64,000 nt of DNA from Clostridia bacterium (GTDB lineage: Bacteria; Bacillota; Clostridia; Christensenellales; CAG-138), in NCBI GenBank assembly GCA_036652795.1, contig JAVVVD010000001.1:230156-294155 (forward strand), in the 5' to 3' direction. Made by a program: the position numbers and the translations under genes. How positions within the stretch are numbered: the first letter of the stretch is position 1; each line of letters begins with the position of its first letter. Below are positions 60,386-64,000 of the stretch, one piece after another. The notes under the pieces were generated by a model. The model was not told where the DNA came from, did no database searches, and was given only the letters and a program-made list of their open reading frames with translations.

Positions 60386-61678
60386 ATGGCTGATAATAAT
60401 ATTTTAAAACTTGGAATAGCAGGGGATATTGTTGATTTTATCATATGCGCTGAAGCTGAGCTTACATCCGTGTTTGCTCGATTGGATGCGATAGAGATAA
60501 GTAATCAGGCAAAGGTGCTTACGGCATTTCAGCGCAAAAATATAGGTGCGCGGCATTTTGCTCCTACAACCGGCTACGGTTATGACGATATAGGCAGAGA
60601 TGCACTGGATAGCGTATTCGCATATGCGTTGGATAGTGAGGATGCGTTGGTGCGCCCGCAACTGATAAGCGGTACCCACGCCATATTTACGGCACTATCT
60701 GGTCTGCTTGAGCCTGGAGATGCCATGCTGGCCATAACAGGTGTTCCATATGATACACTGCGCGGTGCTATAGGCATAACAGGCAATGAATCAAGTTCAT
60801 TAAAGCGCTGTGGTATAGATTATATGCAAACAGAACTGTGCGGTGACGAATGCGATGAGATAGACATTGCGGCTGTAACACAGATGCTTGATTTAAAACC
60901 AAATATAAAGGTCGTATACGTCCAGCGTTCACGTGGGTATTCTTGGCGAAATGCATTGGATGCAAATAAGCTTAAGAATGCTTTTGCAGTTGTAAAAGCG
61001 CATAGACCAGATGTAATAATAATGGTTGATAACTGCTATGGTGAATTTACACAGACAGAGGAGCCAAGTGCATATGGCGCAGATGTTATTGTAGGCTCAC
61101 TGATCAAAAACCCAGGAGGTGGAATAGCGCCTACGGGCGGATATATAGCAGGAAAAGCCGATTATATCGAACGCATATCTAACCGGCTTACAGTGCCTGG
61201 TATAGGGCGCGAGGCAGGCTCTTATGCTGGCAGCTATATACCGTTTTTTCAAGGACTTTTTCTTGCGCCGCATGTTACTATGCAAAGTCTAAAAAGTGCC
61301 GTGCTGTTTGCTAAGGTGTTTGAAAAGCTTGGTATGGTGAGTATGCCGAAAAGTGATGCCATGCGCTCGGATATAGTGCAATCAATCCGCTTCGATTCCG
61401 CGGATGCATTAATTGCGTTCTGCCAAAGCATACAAAAAGCGGCTCCTATTGACAGCTATGCTGTGCCTGAGCCGTGGGCAATGCCGGGCTATGATGACAA
61501 AGTCATAATGGCCGCCGGAGCTTTTATACAGGGTGCATCTATTGAGCTTAGTGCTGATGCGCCAATAAAAAAGCCGTACACAGCCTACATACAGGGAGGG
61601 CTTACATATTCACATGGCAGGTTGGGCGCTATGTTTGCACTGAGTGAGCTTGTGCGAATTGGACTGGTGCACCTGTGA
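60386..61678 (+). CDS. YnbB / methionine gamma-lyase family PLP protein (aluminium-resistance family)
   Basis: TTGYGYDDIGR, QRSRGY, VDNCYGEF, GSLIKNPGGG, MAAGAF.QGASIELSAD. Confidence 0.88.
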   Translation: MADNNILKLGIAGDIVDFIICAEAELTSVFARLDAIEISNQAKVLTAFQRKNIGARHFAPTTGYGYDDIGRDALDSVFAYALDSEDALVRPQLISGTHAIFTALSGLLEPGDAMLAITGVPYDTLRGAIGITGNESSSLKRCGIDYMQTELCGDECDEIDIAAVTQMLDLKPNIKVVYVQRSRGYSWRNALDANKLKNAFAVVKAHRPDVIIMVDNCYGEFTQTEEPSAYGADVIVGSLIKNPGGGIAPTGGYIAGKADYIERISNRLTVPGIGREAGSYAGSYIPFFQGLFLAPHVTMQSLKSAVLFAKVFEKLGMVSMPKSDAMRSDIVQSIRFDSADALIAFCQSIQKAAPIDSYAVPEPWAMPGYDDKVIMAAGAFIQGASIELSADAPIKKPYTAYIQGGLTYSHGRLGAMFALSELVRIGLVHL

Positions 61679-61684
61679 AAACGG

Positions 61685-62302
61685 CTAAAATCGCCGTATA
61701 AGTCCGATTACCTTACCAACGATTTCAACATTCGATGGTGCAATGAATATAGGCTCCATGCTTGAATTTTCAGGCTGGAGTTTTATTATATTTTTTTCGA
61801 AGAATATGCGCTTTACAGTAGCCGTGTCATCGTTTACGCGCACAACAGCAATATCACCATTACCAACGGTTATACCGGAATGGATCAATATCATATCTCC
61901 GTTAAGTATTCCAGCCTCAATCATACTTTCACCTTCAACACTTAGCAAAAATACTTCTCCAGCCTCTGCTCCGTGCAACAATGACGCAGGCAGCGGAAAA
62001 GTATCCTGTATATTATCATAGGCCAGTATAGGTTCGCCGGCAGCAACAGAGCCAACAAGAGGCACAGGCTTAACGACAGATGTATCCGTAGCATATGGAA
62101 GTGTTATTGAACGTTGTTTTGATGGGTTAAGTCTTATTAGCCCCGATTCCGCAAGGGCTTTTAGGTGTGCATGAACAGTAGAGGTAGACTTTAGCCCAAC
62201 TGCCGCACCAATTTCGCGCACTGTAGGTGGGAATGCTCTTTGGTTTATATAGGATTGTATAAATTCATATATTGAATTTTGCATTTTACCGAGGTTTGGC
62301 AT
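61685..62302 (-). CDS. lexA: SOS repressor LexA
   Basis: PPTVREIG.AVGL.STSTVH.HL, VAAGEP cleavage site, GESM, ATVKR. Confidence 0.96.
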   Translation of the reverse strand: MPNLGKMQNSIYEFIQSYINQRAFPPTVREIGAAVGLKSTSTVHAHLKALAESGLIRLNPSKQRSITLPYATDTSVVKPVPLVGSVAAGEPILAYDNIQDTFPLPASLLHGAEAGEVFLLSVEGESMIEAGILNGDMILIHSGITVGNGDIAVVRVNDDTATVKRIFFEKNIIKLQPENSSMEPIFIAPSNVEIVGKVIGLIRRF

Positions 62303-62356
62303 GTCAATTCCTCCGTGAAGATGATATAATCATAAAAAGATTTCCGATGTTGTGTA

Positions 62357-62385
62357 AGTATAACACATTGAAATCCGAAATACAA
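62357..62385 (-). promoter_or_regulatory. Predicted lexA promoter
   Basis: Minus strand TTGTAT-17 bp-TATACT; the -35 element overlaps the SOS box. Confidence 0.6.
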
Positions 62386-62396
62386 ACATTTGTTCG
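62383..62396. promoter_or_regulatory. LexA (SOS/Cheo) box
   Basis: CAAACATTTGTTCG equals CGAACAAATGTTTG on the minus strand, matching the Firmicute consensus CGAAC-N4-GTTYG. Confidence 0.85.
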
Positions 62397-62408
62397 CAGA
62401 GGTGTGTT

Positions 62409-62648
62409 GTGGAAAAAGATGATTTTGAATCTGATATTTGTGACCTTGACCCAAATAAAATATGTGACAACTGCTGTCGTTGCCTTGATCTTGATGAGCG
62501 CGACTATAATACAGTGCTTGCGGATTTCTTATATGAGGATACCTTAATCGAATGCGTCGAGCAGGATCATTTTGCAGCACATCGTTGTATGGAGATTAAT
62601 ACCATTTATGGCGTGGCGGGGAAGCGAGGAAAGCAGAAAAATGAGTAG
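62409..62648 (+). CDS. Small acidic Cys-rich hypothetical protein
   Basis: GTG start after AGAGGTG; CDLDPNKICDNCCRC motif; fills the lexA-recombinase gap. Confidence 0.7.
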   Translation: MEKDDFESDICDLDPNKICDNCCRCLDLDERDYNTVLADFLYEDTLIECVEQDHFAAHRCMEINTIYGVAGKRGKQKNE

Positions 62649-62654
62649 GCAACC

Positions 62655-63710
62655 TTATTCATCACGTAGTTTGATTACCTTTGCCGCCAACCTACGCCGG
62701 TCCTCTGAAACGGCGGCGTAGTGCTTGCGTGTGGTATTAACATCCTTATGTCCAAGCACATCTGCTACTAGATATATATCTCCGGTTTCGCGATAAAGTG
62801 CAGTTCCATATGTGCTGCGCAGCTTGTGCGGTGATATACATTTAAGCGGTGTGGCAATACTGGCATACTTTTTTACAAGGTTTTCTACTGCGCGTACGCT
62901 TATGCGCTTGTTTTGCAGTGATAGGAACATTGCATCCTCATAGCCAGGGACTGCGCTTATCCGTTCACGATCCAGCATGTAATCTAATAGCGCAGCGCGC
63001 GCCTCATCGCCAAATACTAGTATATCTTGATTACCACCCTTGCGTATTATCGAAAATTCATTTGCTGAAAAATTTATGTCATCCATATCTATCCCAACAA
63101 GCTCGCTGATACGTATACCAGTGCCAAGAAACAGCGTGAGGATTGCTAGGTCGCGCGATTGTGTTCTGGCATGGTACTCCTTTTGTTTATCGGTAAGTCC
63201 ATTTCCATTTTGTACAACATCAAGTAGGTTTGCCACCTCTTCGGGTTCAAGTCGGATTATGGATTTTTCATGTATTGTTGGCAGATCCACAAGGGCAGGG
63301 GAGTTAGTTGTAAGTTTTTCTTTTTTAAGAAAGTATTTATAAAATGATCGCAGTGTAGCTAATTTTCGCGCCTTGGCGCGTTCTTGATTTATTACTTCAT
63401 TATCGTATTTATCAATATATAAAGAGAGATAGGTTAGATACATTTCAATATGCGTGGTTGTTACATGATCCAATTCGGAAAGTGTGATGGAAGCTATATT
63501 ATCATGTTTAAAATCAGCCTGCTCACTTATAAGGTATTTAAAAAATGTACGTAAATCAACAGCATACGCATAACGCGTACGTACAAGAGTGTTGTTTTCT
63601 ATTCCCATAAAAAATTCTGTGCAAAACGGCGGCAGCTCATGAAGCAGCTCACGTATTTTTAACAGATATGTCTTATATTCAGCACCAGCGAAGTTATCCG
63701 GCATAAGCAT
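62655..63710 (-). CDS. Tyrosine recombinase, XerS-like
   Basis: Catalytic set intact: TGIRISE (R), RKGG (K), PHKLRST (HxxR), LGH, KHY. 351 aa with an N-terminus resembling streptococcal XerS (from memory of that sequence). Confidence 0.9.
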   Translation of the reverse strand: MLMPDNFAGAEYKTYLLKIRELLHELPPFCTEFFMGIENNTLVRTRYAYAVDLRTFFKYLISEQADFKHDNIASITLSELDHVTTTHIEMYLTYLSLYIDKYDNEVINQERAKARKLATLRSFYKYFLKKEKLTTNSPALVDLPTIHEKSIIRLEPEEVANLLDVVQNGNGLTDKQKEYHARTQSRDLAILTLFLGTGIRISELVGIDMDDINFSANEFSIIRKGGNQDILVFGDEARAALLDYMLDRERISAVPGYEDAMFLSLQNKRISVRAVENLVKKYASIATPLKCISPHKLRSTYGTALYRETGDIYLVADVLGHKDVNTTRKHYAAVSEDRRRLAAKVIKLRDE

Positions 63711-63746
63711 TTAATCTCCAATTTATTATACTTAACATCATATCAC

Positions 63747-63780
63747 AACTATTCGTTAAAGACAAGTTTAACGAATAGTT
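63747..63780. repeat. Perfect 14-6-14 inverted repeat, candidate recombinase (dif-like) site
   Basis: AACTATTCGTTAAA-GACAAG-TTTAACGAATAGTT, 36 bp upstream of the recombinase start codon. Confidence 0.7.
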
Positions 63781-64000
63781 ATACCAACCAAACCCGGCGC
63801 GTCTTCTTTTGATTGTTTCAGCATTCCAACCGGCATTAGCAAAAACTCAATATTCCTCAGTGCCATGCAATGTTTCTGAAGAAGATCGAGATCTGGCGTT
63901 TCAGAAAGCAATGGCTGAGATTATACCAAGATGATTAAAAAGAAAACCGTTTCCATAAATGATGCGGTTGATTTTTATGTTGCATATATCAGCCCTTTTT

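Noticed and set aside
63747-63780. Palindrome as an intrinsic terminator
   Set aside because: AT-rich stem without a following T tract, located upstream of a start codon; the geometry fits a protein-binding site better.
62655-64000. Recombinase as a prophage/ICE integrase or integron integrase
   Set aside because: No phage, conjugation or excisionase genes, no adjacent tRNA att site, no IntI-specific insertion or attC-bounded cassettes visible. Sequence beyond the window cannot be excluded.

Overview
A 64-kb stretch of mostly core chromosome from a spore-forming Clostridia-type Firmicute (spoIVA, gerM, T-box tyrS, CCA-encoding tRNAs); most genes lie on the + strand. In order: two complete xanthine-dehydrogenase-family (Mo/FAD/2Fe-2S) enzyme sets; DUF512-der-plsY-spoIVA; T-box-controlled tyrS; prmA-mtaB-hit-rpsU; pcrA-ligA; the yicC-gmk-rpoZ-coaBC-priA-def-fmt-rsmB-rlmN-PP2C-PASTA kinase-rsgA-rpe block; a tRNA-Val/6S RNA/tRNA-Gln unit; a Topo IV-like type II topoisomerase pair; rqcH, gerM, rdgB; an 8-tRNA operon; miaB-ylbF-mutSL-miaA-hfq-ynbB; and lexA. 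The most interesting part is the right end: an XerS-like single tyrosine recombinase (62655-63710) preceded by a perfect 14-6-14 palindrome (63747-63780) overlapping its predicted promoter, a candidate clostridial single-recombinase dif/Xer system. Next to it is a LexA-box-controlled small Cys-rich protein in the position yneA occupies in Bacillus. No CRISPR array, prophage or IS element was seen. All calls come from reading motifs by eye; no database searches or folding programs were run.
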